NCBI GenBank assembly: GCA_976551045.1
Contig: CDPCPM010000050.1
Span: forward strand, 15,562,001 to 15,626,000
DNA length: 64,000 bases
Direction of reading: 5' to 3'
Source of the DNA: Glaucostegus cemiculus
Lineage: Eukaryota
The notes beneath the pieces were generated by a model. It did no database searches. It was not told the origin of the DNA and saw only the letters and a program-made list of their open reading frames with translations. This document shows positions 50,190 to 63,598 of the stretch, piece by piece. Both the position numbers and the translations under genes were made by a program. Numbering within the stretch: the stretch's first letter is position 1; the number at the start of each line of letters is the position of its first letter.

Positions 50190-51010
50190 AAAAAAACAGA
50201 AATAGGCTATTCATAGAAATCGTTTGGGCCTACTCCACTATTCATCATGGTCATGGGTGATCATCCACTTCATTGCCTTGCTTCCATCTTGTCCCCATAA
50301 TCCATTGATCCCTTTAGCATTAGGAAATACATCTACATCCTCCTTGAATATATTTATTATCGTGATCGCCACTGCCTGTTTTGGTAGAGAATTCCACAGG
50401 TTCACCAAATGCTGAATGAAGATTTTTTTTTCCTGATCTCTGCTCTTTCTTGAGGCTTTTCATGATTGTGGACTCTTCAGCCATTTGGAACATCTTCCCA
50501 CATCTGATCTGTCTCATCCTGTTATAATTCTATAAGCTTCTGTGAAATCCCCTAGCATTCTTCTAACCTCTGGTGAACATGGGCCTAACTCTCATCATAG
50601 GTCAGACCCATCACCTCAGAAATCAGTCTAATAAACCTTTATTGCACACCCTCCATGACATGAACATCCTTCCTCAGAAAGTGATATCAAACCTCCAGTT
50701 GGGGTCTCACCAAGGTCCTGCACAGTTGCAGAATGTCATCCTTGCTCCTGTACTCAAATCCTCTTACAATAAGAGTCAACATATCATTTGCTTTCCAAAC
50801 TGCTTGCTCCATCTACATATCAGTTGCCGAAAGCAAATATTCAAGAATACACAGGTTTCATTGCATCTTCCCTCCTCCTAATCTATAACCATGCAGGAAT
50901 AATCTGTCTTTAATTTTTTTTGAATCAAAGTGGATAATGTCATATTTATTCATGTTAGACTGCATCTGACATGTATTTGACCACACACCCAATACGTCTA
51001 AATCACCCCT
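50190..51010 (-). mobile_element. CR1-type LINE 3' fragment
   Basis: ggtagagaattccacaggttcacc...ggggtctcaccaaggtcctg...cctgtactcaaatcctcttacaataaga; homologous to 16400-17060. Confidence 0.7.
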
Positions 51011-51119
51011 CAAAGTTTAATTTTAGTAAACCAGCCTTAAGATTAGTGGTTTTCCACTTGGTGAGGAGCCACCATAATCATTATTGTTTAAAGAATTGTG
51101 TTGTCAAGCCAGGTTAATT

Positions 51120-51230
51120 ATATGAAGGTTGTATAGTGCCTTTCACAACCTTGGTTTACCCAAAAGTGCTTTATAATCAGTGAAGTACTCTTGAAATGGA
51201 TTCACTATCATAAAGTAGGAACAGTGTACC
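51120..51230 (-). mobile_element. DeuSINE (SacSINE1/AmnSINE1-like) 3' tail
   Basis: gtatagtgcctttcacaacctt...cccaaaagtgctttataatcagtgaagtactcttgaaatg. Confidence 0.5.
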
Positions 51231-51949
51231 TGAGCTGCAAATCACAACATACCTGGGCCAATAAGCACTAATGGTCAGTACTGATGTACATGATGCACTT
51301 AGATTCAGTTTTGTAAGAGAGGATCACACCAAAGTATGAAGCAAAGAAGATTTTAGTTGTGGAGTGGTAATTTCATATAAAAGTTGAGTGTTATGCATGA
51401 ATGACCAGTATGTGCAAGGCATTAATAAATCATTTTAAGACCAAAAATTTGTTTTTATTTTAAATTCCATAATCTTCTTGCACAGTAAAAACAATGGTCA
51501 TCCAAGAAAAGCATCAAATGTAGTAAAAACAAACAGTAACATAGATCCATGCTGTTCCACAGGAATAAAGAGCCTGCTATCCCTAACTGGTCTGACCTAC
51601 ATGGTGGACTCTGTGTCCTAGAAAAAACTAGAGATGGGCAATAATTATTGCTTTGCCAATATTGGCCATATATCAAAACATGCATATACTTTTACAAATT
51701 ATTCTTTCACTTAATAGTAGGCTTGAATAGTACTAGTATTAAACAGGTTAGCACAATATCTGTGGTGTCAATACATGGTGAAAGTTCTATACAGTCTTAG
51801 TGAGAACATTTAGATAACTGAAAACTTACATCTGCAAGTAAGGGAATACAGACTTTAACATTTATAGTGTACGTCGGATTTCAAATAATGTAAGTACATG
51901 CTGGCTTCTGATTGATGTTTAGGGCATCTTTATTTATTTAATTGAGGTG

Positions 51950-52260
51950 ATCTGTTGAGCATTGGAGTGTATGCAGACCATTCAATCAAATCAAAAGTGA
52001 GCTAGGAAAATAGCTTGTGATCCTTTGGATGAGATGCTAAAATATCACCTTATTCTGTTATTAAGTTTTTTGAAAAAAATCCTGTGGTATTATTCTTGAT
52101 TTTTTTTTTCTTCTTGGCCAACATTCTTCCTTCATTAAAAACAGATCAGTTGATTATCCGTGTTGCTTCACAGACTCTTCTTTCATTGTGGTTACTGTGC
52201 TCTAAATATATGAAATGCTTTGAAAAATGTTGATATAATAAAATGTTACATTATACACTT
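51950..52260 (+). mobile_element. DeuSINE-like element, decayed
   Basis: tcctttggatgagatgctaaaa...aaaatcctgtggtattattc...cttggccaacattcttccttca...aaaacagatcagttgattatc. Confidence 0.45.
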
Positions 52261-52862
52261 TGTATTAAATTTGATTGGTTTTGCAATATTGTTCAATTTG
52301 CCAGTCTTTATTTATCAGATCCAGTGGTCTGTGATATTTGTCATACTGTGAGTACAGTTTTAAATTCTTGTAGTCTTGGCTGGATCCTAGGAAGGCTGCA
52401 CCTGTTGTGGAGATGTAATGTTGGGAGTCAATATGACATATTCAGCATGTATGCCATTTTATCTTCTTCTTTGCAGTTTCACAGGAAGCCAAAGTGCAAG
52501 TTGTATTTGAACTGGGGTTAAAAATTTTACGTTTTGGCTTGAGATCATGCCAGTACCTCTGCTTTGCATAAATTCTCCTATTTTGTTCATCTACATTCCT
52601 GTTACAAGCCCAAATAGATTTATACAGAAATAAAAACAATATATATGCACCAACTCTTGTGCCTTTTTCTTGCACATTTTTTTATTGAAGTATTTAAGAA
52701 TTAATAGTGGTTATTAAGACAATAAACATTATTTCATTATTGGCTTTGGATTTATAATTTTGTGTGTTCTCTGGAGCTTGGATAATTAAAAAAAAATATG
52801 TGTAGCCTGCTCCTGAAGCTCTCTGACAACAAAGTTTAAAGCTATACTTTTTTGAATTTCAG

Positions 52863-52915
52863 CTCGAAGAGGAGCGATCTGCACTTAACAATCAGCTACT
52901 AGAAATGAAAAAGAG
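52863..52915 (+). CDS. CLIP1: CLIP1 exon
   Basis: aatttcag|CTC; LEEERSALNNQLLEMKK(R/S); AG|gtaagc; 53 nt. Confidence 0.95.
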
Positions 52916-55393
52916 GTAAGCTCTCTGAATTCAGTAACACAATGTGTTTCTTGGCGAATTGGGAGGTTAATCAGATTGGCTGCTAACTAGTGCAAAAGCA
53001 TTTTAACTGTCAGATATGAATAAATGGCTGTCAGTGAAGTAAATTAAATTTAAAACTTCCCCAGTACCTAATACACTAAGCTTGATAGATGACGTATCCA
53101 CCTTGTGCATACTATTTTACTCAATAATTTCAAATAATTTTATAAATTTGTTAATAAAAATACTCAACTTTAACTAAAATGAGCTACTTTAATTTGAATG
53201 AAGATAGCAAATATGTCTTTTGGAATCACTATATGAAGTATGATTTCAATTTGTGGAAATATTAATCAGAAATTGTTTTTAAATTACAAACTCCTGTCGT
53301 CATGGGAGATCTGTTAGTGCTATTATTTTGAGACCGAATAGGATTGTTCAATTAATACTTTGGGAGCAGAAAGGATATTACTATTTCCTTAGCCGCTAAG
53401 CTATTAGGTTAACATGATTAAACTGTCCTTGCTCACTATTTGATAGAAACATATTGGTACAGAAATTAGGGCATAATCAGTGCACAGCTTGTATTTTTAT
53501 GGTAAACACATTTGCAACACTTTCATGGAGACAGTATCTGTTATCAAGAACTAAACCCTATTTTAAATTTAATGTGTGACCTCCTTACCCATTAAGATCT
53601 TCCAGTAATTGTGGAGCATTTATGTAGTTGGCCTCAGTTAAGAAATAGTGAAATAGTATTTGTTTTTTTAATCATCTTTGGAAATTAGCTTTAAAATGCA
53701 AATTGCAATTAAACTTCCCAATTGTAATATAATTTCCATACTTTGAATACCTAATTCTAAAAGTAAGTAAATATTTGAAGTAATTTAGCTAAATAAAAAT
53801 AATTTAAGCATTCTAATAATTTTTAAGCTGAATTCACTATTACCAAATGTTCATAAACTTATGTAGAATTTATACTTTAAAGCTGACAAGTTGAGAAGAC
53901 CTAATCAATTTGGTTAACTATTAGCTATCAAACGTAGGTAGGATTTGGGAATGTGTTAACATTTTTCCAGTTAATGAACTGAAATTACTGGTAAATATTT
54001 TAAATTAATTGTTGTTAAGCTTTTACTTTTTCAAATAATTTACTTATTGAGTAAGATAAGCAGGTAATATTTGACCACACAAAGCTGTCTTCTGCACTGT
54101 ATTTAATTATAGAATTAACCTTTATCCACAAGTTAAAAAAAATCCAAAACAATTTTCTCTTCCTTATGCTGTGACCCAGATCTTGCTTAAGATGAAATCC
54201 AAATTAAAGCCTTCTTACTATAAAAAGAGTGCAGTTGCTTCTCAATAATGTTAATGTATATTGAGTAGTAGAAGTTTAAATGGCATATGAACAGTGAATA
54301 ATGTTCATAAAATTTTGAAGGACATAACTTTATAATTGCTGCTTCATTTGGACCTGGACTACATGCAAGTTGCTAATCATAGAAATGTAGTATAATCTTA
54401 TTGAGCTGTTGTAGTTCTATCCAGAATGCATTTTTTTTTGGAGAAGGTTGGAAATGCAATATTATAAGTTGAGTTCCATGAAAATATAGCAAGACCAGGT
54501 CAAAATACTTAATCGTGAATTCCATTTCTGAACACTGATTTCCAATATTTTTGAGATTGGGTTTATTCATTTCTTTTATTATCGTAGCCAGGTAAATTTG
54601 GGTGACTACTGAAAGCCCTTTCAGAACTCTTTTTGTATCTTGAAAAGGGCATGGGAGAATATTCTCCGTAATAATTTTTGTCCTAAAATTATATTTTGAA
54701 TTGAGTCGTGCTGAATTGTTTCAGAGCCCAATTAAAGGTAATCAAAAACAGTAAACTGTGTCTGTTCGTGGTATTGTTGGATGAAAATTGCAAATTCTAT
54801 ACCCTATTTGTTTTGCTTTCTGAGGAAATGATACAGCACCCCTCAAGTCATACATTTTTTTAAAAAAAATATGTTTTGAAGCACAAAGCTTATAGCCTCT
54901 GAAAATCAAGAATAAATCTTTGAATTGTAAATGAAAATATGCCTTTAAATATAATTTGAATGTTGATCTTTGAAAGCTAAATATTATTTTATTGAACGTT
55001 GACTTCTGTTTCTGTGCTAATGCAAGCTTGTCAAACAAGTCACTGTGGCTTGCAAAGTGTCATTGTCTCTCTGCATTACTTACAAAACCTCATCTCACTC
55101 CTCTCTCTCTCCTAATTTTGCTGTCCTTGCTAAATCTGTCTGTCTTTGATGGTAAGACTGAAAAAAGTCTATCCACGTTACAATAAGTAGCCAAAATCAA
55201 TCAAACCATAATTTTTGTACATACTATGGCTGCAACCTTCCTTTACTGTGTCTTGCTTCTGTGTGAATTATTTCAAGCAGTCTTTTAACGAAATAAACCA
55301 TTTAATGCGGAATTGTGTAACTTCCTGGATTGTAATTTGCATTTTTTCTTCCATGTTTCTAACTTGTGCTTCTTGTTATCTTGCATTTTAAAG

Positions 55394-55414
55394 CTTGCCC
55401 AATAACACTTTAAG
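55394..55414 (+). CDS. CLIP1: CLIP1 21-nt microexon (S)LPNNTL(R)
   Basis: ttgcattttaaag|C TTG CCC AAT AAC ACT TTA AG|gtattt; phase 2/2; gives EMKK-SLPNNTL-RESLL, matching the recalled rodent variant EMKK-SLPSNTL-RESE. Confidence 0.85.
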
Positions 55415-56059
55415 GTATTTGCTTCATGACTAGACTTTTTTCTTACTTTAACAGTAAGAGGAGAATCTGGGTGATGCAAGGAACCTTTTCAAACAATTTA
55501 CAAAAACAAAAAGCACTATGAAATTTGTTTTGGAGGAATTTTAGAAGCTAGCCTAAATGCTGTCAATGTTTGGAATTCCTTTACAGTTGCCAACTTAAGC
55601 CATCTAATTGGATGATCAGATCTACATAGCCACTGTCATAAAAAACAGTTTAAATTGATCTAGTCTATAAATTTTGCATCATAGCAACATACTTTAACAA
55701 TAATTTATTACTAGATGTCTTTAGGGTTTATTTTACACATTATTTAATCTTTGTTAATATAGCTTCAGTACGTGCTAGTGAAATTTTTCAAAGAAATAGA
55801 AATTTCGTGCTTCACTTAATGTGGATATCGAACATAGAGATCATGCAGCCCATTTGGTTTACCCCTTCCAGACAATATATAGCCAACCTGAGACTGTTTC
55901 CATCTGCCTTGTTAATCATTTGGCAGCAAGTTTGGTAAAATTCCTCTGTAACCCATATAGTAAACAAAGCTGCACAATACTTGTTCATTTAAAGTTCATT
56001 TTTGAAACATGGTCAATTATTTTCATGTTGTTTCCATTGATGCAAAAACCCATTTAGTT

Positions 56060-56180
56060 TTTGCTACCCCTGCCTGATCTGGCCTATATGACTCGACCCA
56101 CCAATATGGTTGACTGTTAACTATCTTCTGAAATGGCCTATCAAGTTGCTCAGTTCAGAGGACAGTTAAGGATACCAGTG
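56060..56180 (+). mobile_element. SINE 3' fragment
   Basis: tctggcctatatgactcgacccaccaatatggttgactgttaactatcttctgaaatggcctatcaagttgctcagttcagagg; related fragment near 51560-51690. Confidence 0.55.
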
Positions 56181-57689
56181 AACCTGTCAATAGTTTTCTT
56201 TTTAAATTAAACATTCTACCCTGACTGGGAAGCAGTCTCTCCCTGATTATTGTGAAGGAGTCCTTGGGCAAGTAAGTTTGGACCATCTGTTTAGGTTTGA
56301 GGGTGCACAACATAAAATTATCGCAGTATCATAAAAACATAAAGGAGAAATAGTATCAGCTGTAGGCTATTTGGCCCCTTGGTTTACTTGGCAATTCAGC
56401 AAAAAACATAATCACTGTTTTTACCTCTGGTGGGTGTGCGTGTGTGTGTATGCAAACACTTTTTTTTAATCCCACATTGAGAGTTAGGAGTGGTTGATAC
56501 ATAAAGGTCCTGAACTTTCAGGGAAATGTCTTCTGGTGATTTTCCAATTGTGCACTAACTTCAGACCCCTCGGAGAGTTCTGTGGCAGAGCACCAACTTC
56601 CCGTGATTCTCCAGTTACAGTGGGGAACTTCACTTGTTCACCACGTGTCAGGTTAGTTGAGGTTTGGATTCACTAACTCCGCTAATGTCAGTTAAGAGGG
56701 ATGGCTATGGGAGAGAGAGGCAAGTTTCAGGTAATTTATTATTTTTAATTGAGTTAAATCTATTTCATCCTTGAGTGTTCTCTAGTGCTCTGAAGTGTTA
56801 CATTTTCTTTTTGTCACTAATTTTTCATGTTTTTAGTCATGCAATTAATCAGTTTTTAAGTGTTTGTGAATGTCAGAGCTGGCAAATTGAAATTTTAGCA
56901 CTATAACAGGAAAGGATGGTTGCTGCTTGATTATGCACCTTTCATTGAGTGGCTATCTTTACAGGTAGTCATGGGGTGAGATGCTCAGCTAATCAATCAG
57001 CTGTTTTGGGGTTAGTAAATGTTTTTGAGCAGGAAAGTCAAAAGAAGTGAGTGAAGCTAGAACTCTCTTTGCATAATTTCATCTGTAGTACTCAAGGGGA
57101 TACTTACTGCAAAGTTTACTGTTTCTCTTTGATCCGTTTTATCAACGATTATTGTAAACCAATGGATGTTGGTTTCTATATAATCACCTGATCATTTAAG
57201 CTTTCATGCTTAGTACTTTTAATATTTGTTAAATGCCTGGATTCCTGTAAAAAGCATCACTAATGTGGCGCCTCTATGTTCAGTTTTTTTTGTCCTGCTT
57301 CATTGCTTCTTTAATAATTAAACAAGTTAATTAAACAAAGTTATTCATTATAAAAGCTTCTATCAAAATACATTCAAGACATTTCTCCAAACATATAAAT
57401 TTATAGCAAACTAACAAACATAAAATGCACTACTTGTATACTTCTATAGTGAGCAATGATTCTATTGACAGTGATTGACTGTCCATAGAATGGCCGTTAG
57501 CATGCAGAAGATGAAAGATTGACATCTGTGATTTTTTTTAAAGTACCAAATTATTGACTTGCAATAGATTTACCCCACCCCTACCTCTCGCACCAGCTCA
57601 TCTGCTTCTGACATCTTTGTTGCATGTGAATGCAACCATTCCAAGGCACTTCCTCATTTTTCCCCTTACTGAATTTGAAGTCATCAAAA

Positions 57690-58080
57690 ACTCTGGTACC
57701 CATTTCCTAATCTGCATCAAATTCCTGTTCACTTATCATCCCTATAATTGGTGAGCTTTGTTGGCTCAGTTAAACAATTCCATTATCAATCTTGTTTTCA
57801 AATCCCTAATAACTTTAACCACTCTGTATCTGCTATAACTCTTTGACTGTGTATCTCTCCAAATTGTCTGGCCTCTCAAAACTGATTCTCTTCATCATTG
57901 GCCAAACCTTCAGCTGTCAAAACCTTAACCTCTAAAAATTTCCTCCCAAAAACCTTCCAGTATCTCCTCTCTCATTTATGATGCTCCAAAAAAATCCTCT
58001 ACTTCAACTAAGCTTTTGGCCTTCTACACTAAGATCTTCTTATGTGGTTTATCATCAAGCTTTTATATGATATCATTCCT
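57690..58080 (+). mobile_element. L2-type LINE 3' fragment
   Basis: tcttgttttcaaatcccta...catcattggccaaaccttcagctgtc...cttcaactaagcttttggcc. Confidence 0.55.
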
Positions 58081-58989
58081 GATGTTTGGCCAGATTTGGA
58101 AACTTAAAGGGCAAACGGTTTAATTCTTTATATATAAAAATAAAAGGTGAGTTGTAATTCATCAGGTTTCCCTTTCTCTCTGTATTGCCAATGTTAGATC
58201 AGGAAATATTCAAGATCTAAAAAGATACATAGACAACCTGATGGGCTGGGGGAGGGGGTGAGGGTGCAGTCCTGAATATTTAGTACAAAGCAAGGTGATT
58301 TAATTTTCATTGAGTTTTGTTGCAGCAAGTTGTTCTTTTAATCATATTTAAACTCAGCTATGCTGAGTGGGTTGTTTTTTTTACTAACTCTGCCCAGATG
58401 TTTATGGAACAATATTGTTAAACAAAAATTACTTTTATTTTGTGTAAAGCTCCTTGAGCTGACTTTACCAGTATGCAGATAACCCAGTTATAAGAAAGAT
58501 ACGTTTAATTTTACCACCCTAAAAATAAAACTAACTTTGAGATTGTAGAAATATTCTGACATTTTGGCAGACAGGACTTTAATCTTTTAGCCTTTGTTCT
58601 TTTCCAAGGATTCTATTATTTAGCAGAGATAAAAATAAACCATCAGCATGTGTGGATTCATTTTAATGAAAATGTACTTTGGAACATTGCCTTCTATAAT
58701 TGTATTAAAGTAACCTTGTCCTAGATCATACAGCAGTCCCAGTACTACAGCATCAAGTGCTAAACTGACATTGCATCAAATGTAATTAAGCTTCTCCATC
58801 AAGTCATGCTTGGAAATGGGTAATTCTTCAAGTCTGGGGAAAGAATTTGCAACTGTACTACCTACTATTTTTATTACTTTGTATGTTTCCTCCCCTCCCT
58901 TAGGTTTATTTCTTCCATTCATCAATTCCCTGAAAATAAATTGGACAGGACAGACTACAACAGTGCTATTTTGTTAAGATCGTTGGTGG

Positions 58990-59865
58990 TCAATCATCCC
59001 AGCCCGGGAACTACTGCACAGAGTCCCTGAGGGTAGTATGCTAGACACCACTAACTTCAGCTGCTACATTAATGGTCTGTGTCTGAACTAAGGTCAAAAG
59101 TAGGAATGTTTGTCAGTGATAAAACAATGTTCAATTTCATTTGGAACTAAATGAGGCAGTCCATGCTTGTAAGCAGCTAGACCTGGACAACATTCAGGAA
59201 TGGGCTGATCACAAAAGTGCCAGGCAATGACATCTCCAGCAAGAGACAGTCTGACCACCTACACTTGATATTCAATTGTAATATCATAACCTAGTACCCC
59301 AGCATCAACACTGACCAAATTTTACTTAGCAAAGTAAATTCTGTGGCTTCAAGTCAGAAGATGAGTGTTCTGCATTAACTCACCAGCCTTTCTACCATCT
59401 ACATGGCACAAGTTAGGAGAATAATGGCATATCCTCCTTGTCTGAATGAATGCAGCTCCAACAACCATCAGGAAGCTGGATAAAGCTTCCTGCTTGATTG
59501 GCACTCCATTCATGACCCTAAATATTTATTCCCTTTATCATCTTCAAAATGCACTGCCTTTATTTGCCGACACTACTCTGACAGCACCATCTAAACCAAC
59601 AATACCTACCGAGAAGGAAGACAGCAGGTTCATGGAAACGCCAACACTTTCAGGTTCTGCCCCAGTGAAAAAAATATTTAGACTTTTAAATCACTGTTCC
59701 TCCTTCATCACTGAATTCAAATCCTGGAATTCCCTACTCAGTAGCACAGAAGGAATACCTTCCCAAGAAGGACTGCTGCAGCTCAAAATGGTGGTTCACC
59801 ACCATGTTCTTGAGGCATAGAGGGGTGGGCAATAAAAGGAGGCCGCGCCAGTAATGTCCGCCCCA
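58990..59865 (+). mobile_element. CR1/L2-group LINE fragment (same family as 12590-13050)
   Basis: gagtccctgagggtagtatgctag (GVPQGS-like); cttcagctgctacattaatg; gacctggacaacattcaggaatgggctgat; tail gggtgggcaataaaaggaggcc. Confidence 0.7.
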
Positions 59866-61576
59866 AAATATCTAAGTAACAAAACAAAACAGACCACTAC
59901 CAGGATCTAAGGACTGAGATTATGTCAATTAACACCGCATATATATTTTCACAAGAGAAACTGGCCACTGCTTCCAGGAGGCAATTTGGGAATGAACGAG
60001 AAAATTCAGGCAATAACTTGAACACAGTTCAATCTGATACTAACCTAATGTATTGAATATCACCTCTTGCCACTGAATTTGGATGATACCATACTAATTC
60101 CCTTGAGTTTTGACAGCGCAAAACTTTATGCGCTGTATACAAAATTTGTATCTCAATGCCTCATGCTGTACTCAATACTAACAAGAATGGAAAATGTGAA
60201 AAATATATTCTTCTCTTAATATTGATAGCACTTGCCAACGTTATCATTTTGCTTGGTTGCATTACCAAGTGTAATATTGGAATGAAGTAGTTGGGGAATG
60301 TGGCTCATCATTTCTTTCTCAAGGGCTATAGAGGTGGTCAATAAGTGTTGGCCTTGTTAATTCATACAATTCGCATCCTACAATTTTTTTTTAATTACAC
60401 AAATAAAACATTATTCAACTTATGGAAAAAGAAACAAATGCCTTAGCCTATCCCTACGTGGGATAATGGTTTCACCAACTCTGCTTTTCAGACATTTCTG
60501 TCGGTTTTTCAGTCCCCAACAGAAGATCACCATATTTTGCTTAACCCCAAGTGCATTGAACCTATATCTACCACATTCATATAATTCTGCCAGGGTCAGG
60601 AGAGAGAGAGTTTGCCATGAGAGCTGGTGTTTTAAAATTACAGCTTGCCGAATCGCAGGTGATTAACCAGCTTTGCACTGGGGAATAAAAAGAAATGGCA
60701 ATAAAGGCCACTTACAACAAGCATTGTGTTCTTTTTGCTATAAAACCCAGGTTCTCCACTTAATTTTCTCATTCCTGATAGCATGAAAATCAATTTAGCA
60801 GTTTATATTGCCATCTCCGCTCAAAGAATTGGTTTCATTTCGTTTAGCATGTTATGTGTCTCGACGATCCTGCACTTTGTCTACTGAATCTGAATGTTTC
60901 CTCTACCAAGCTTAAACCTATGTAAATGTAATTATTTGTGGTCTGTTGTTTGAAAGGTGATGTCAGTGCCATTTGCAAAGAGGGAGCATGCAGATATCAG
61001 CAGGATTCACAACAGATACTCATTTGCATGCACCAGTAATTGCAGTTGCAGAGCTATGCATGTAATCATTGTTGCTTGGCATCATGTGCCTTTCATGGAT
61101 GACAGACATGACATTAAATAAGTTAGGATTTTGTGTGCATTTTGGTGTTAAATTAGTGTTGTAACTGTAAAGTAGACAAGTTTGTTGAATTGAGCAGTGT
61201 TGTGCTTTATGACTATTGTGTATATAATCATTGATATGCAAAACCATGCATGTTAAATTACCTTTAAATGGAGTTTGGTGTCAGTGTGGCCGAAACTACT
61301 ATGGAATAGTTTTTGTGTCTTGCTGCAGTTCTTTAAAATGTCACATTATTGACACAACAAACAGTGAAGATGTAAGTATAAGATTTCCTACTACTAAAAA
61401 GTACCACCAAAATATAGTAATGAATAAAATCTGCATATTGGCTTTTAAGAGTAACTTAATTTGCTCAATTTTGGACAGTTCCATGCTGCTGAATACAAGT
61501 GAAAATGAAATCTGAATTTAGTTTCTTTAAATGGTTGTTGGATGATTAGTATTCTGAGATTTTTATCTTTCTGCAG

Positions 61577-61694
61577 AGAATCTTTATTAAAGAAAGAACT
61601 TGAAGAAGACAAAAACACGTTACAGAAATCCATCGCTACTACCAGTGCCTTGATCACAGATAAGGACAAAGAACTAGAGAAACTCAAGAATGAG
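61577..61694 (+). CDS. CLIP1: CLIP1 exon
   Basis: tttctgcag|A; ESLLKKELEEDKNTLQKSIATTSALITDKDKELEKLKNE; GAG|gtaaga; 118 nt. Confidence 0.94.
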
Positions 61695-62089
61695 GTAAGA
61701 TATATTTGTTCAAAATAGTGGCAAAAGTTGGGACTATGCAAACAAATGGGACAAAGTGTTTATGTACTTAGTTTTGTGATAAATAAAAGTACCATTTGTT
61801 GTCAGAATAGTTTTATAGGTCACCATCAGTATTCACAACTAGATATCCTAGTAAAAGTCTTCAGGTCTGGGAGCTGATTTCAGGTTGGTAGAGATACTCG
61901 TAGCTCTGTTGTCTAAATCTAGGTCAGTAATGTTGATAGTCTTGGTTAAAATTAAAAGAGCACTTGCACATGTACTGTAATAGAGAAAGAGACTATCCAT
62001 CTCAAAGCCCCTACAGTTGATGGAAGTATATTTTATACAATGCAATATAGTAATGATTTATCTTTTAATGTTACTTATTATGTGTAGTA

Positions 62090-62640
62090 TGAAGGCATTG
62101 CTGGGAGGACCAGAATTTAGTCCATGCCCCCAACTGTCCTTGAAAGGTAGTGACAAATCAGCTTCTTGAATTGCTATGATCTCCTGCTATGGGTACTCTC
62201 ACATTGCTTCTAGATAGAGAGTTTATAAGGAACAGCAATATTTTCCAAGGCAGCCTGGTGTGTGACTCTGAGGCATACCGCAGGTGGTGGTGCCGCCATC
62301 TTGCACCTGCTGACTTTGTCCTTCATGAGGGTAGGCTACATAAATTTCTGTCGGGAAAGCCTGGGGGGGGTGGAGGGGAGCAACTGTCATGTATTTTGTA
62401 GATGGTGCACACTGCAATCATGCTGCACTGAGTGGAGCAAGGTTGAATTGGTGGAGGGAGTGAATGATTGAGGTGGACTTTGGGATGCCTATCAAACAGG
62501 ATATTTTGTCCTGAACGATGTCTAGCTTTGTGAGTGTCACTGTAGTAGCATTCATCCAGGCAAGAGGAGAGTATTCCACCATGCTCCTGATTTGTGCCTT
62601 GTAGATGCTGAGAAAACTTGGTGTCAGGAGCCATGAAGTA
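62090..62640 (-). mobile_element. CR1/L2-group LINE 3' fragment (same family)
   Basis: gcattcatccaggcaagaggagagtattcc...tttgtgccttgtagatg; ttttgtagatggtgcacactgc. Confidence 0.65.
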
Positions 62641-62968
62641 AGTCACAGAGAGGAACGGGTCATCTACCCACAGAGTCCGTGGTGATCATCAACCACCCAA
62701 TTACATTAATCCCATTTATTTTATTCTCCTCACATTTTCACTAACTCCCCCACCCACCCACAGATTCCATTACTCTCCTACACCCAGGGGCAATTTATAA
62801 AGGCCAATTAACCAAACAACCCACACATCATTGGGATGTGGAAGGAAATCACATGGTCAAATGGAGAACATGCAAAGTCCACGTGGACAGCAGGCAGGGT
62901 CAGGATTGAACCTGGGTCTCTGGCACTGTGAGACAGAGGCTCTACTAGATGCACCACTGTGCCACCCC
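62640..62968 (-). mobile_element. V-SINE (HE1-like)
   Basis: tgggatgtggaaggaaa...ggagaacatgcaaagtccac...caggattgaacctgggtctctggcactgtgag...gcaccactgtgccaccc. Confidence 0.8.
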
Positions 62969-63598
62969 AAAGGAGTAACCAGTCCAGGTGGGAGTCACTT
63001 GCCTGAGATACTTGGTGATTTTCCTTGTGCAATCAAAAATGCCCAAGAACCTAAGAAGATCACATTTTCTCCAAGTTGCATTTTGAGGACAGACATGGCC
63101 CCAGTTCAGCTTTTGTTACAAAGCTGACAACTCTGACAGAACTGCTTTGGGAAATTCAGTGTGTTGTTACAATGAGTCTCAGAGCTGAAGTCCTACTGCA
63201 AACCACCAGGTCTCCCACATGATGTCATTAATAATTGATGTCAAATTGAAAATTCAAAGGAAATCAATTAATGCTACAAATTATCCAAATGTTAATATTT
63301 GTAGCAATTTGAATTTTTACTTCACTGTTACCAATACAAAAATACCGAATTTTAGGATCAATGGGTGTAATTTAAAAAGCTAAATGAAGGAAACGGTGCA
63401 AAATTTCTGAGAGTAAATACTTGTGACAGCTTTATTGCACCAATGATTTCTGAATTTCTTGTAGTCTGTTACAAGAAGTTCTATGTGTGGTGTCTGAAAT
63501 GCAAGACTTTTTTTTTAAGGCTTGAAATTCATTGCAAATTTTCTTAACATCCTGCTAAAAACATCCACTAGCAACACTTAACATTGCTTGATTTACAG

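Noticed and set aside
60848-60960. Acceptor-like ctctaccaag|CTTAAACCTAT|gtaaat
   Set aside because: The available donors give 11, 17 or 46 nt, none frame-preserving, and there is no homology support.
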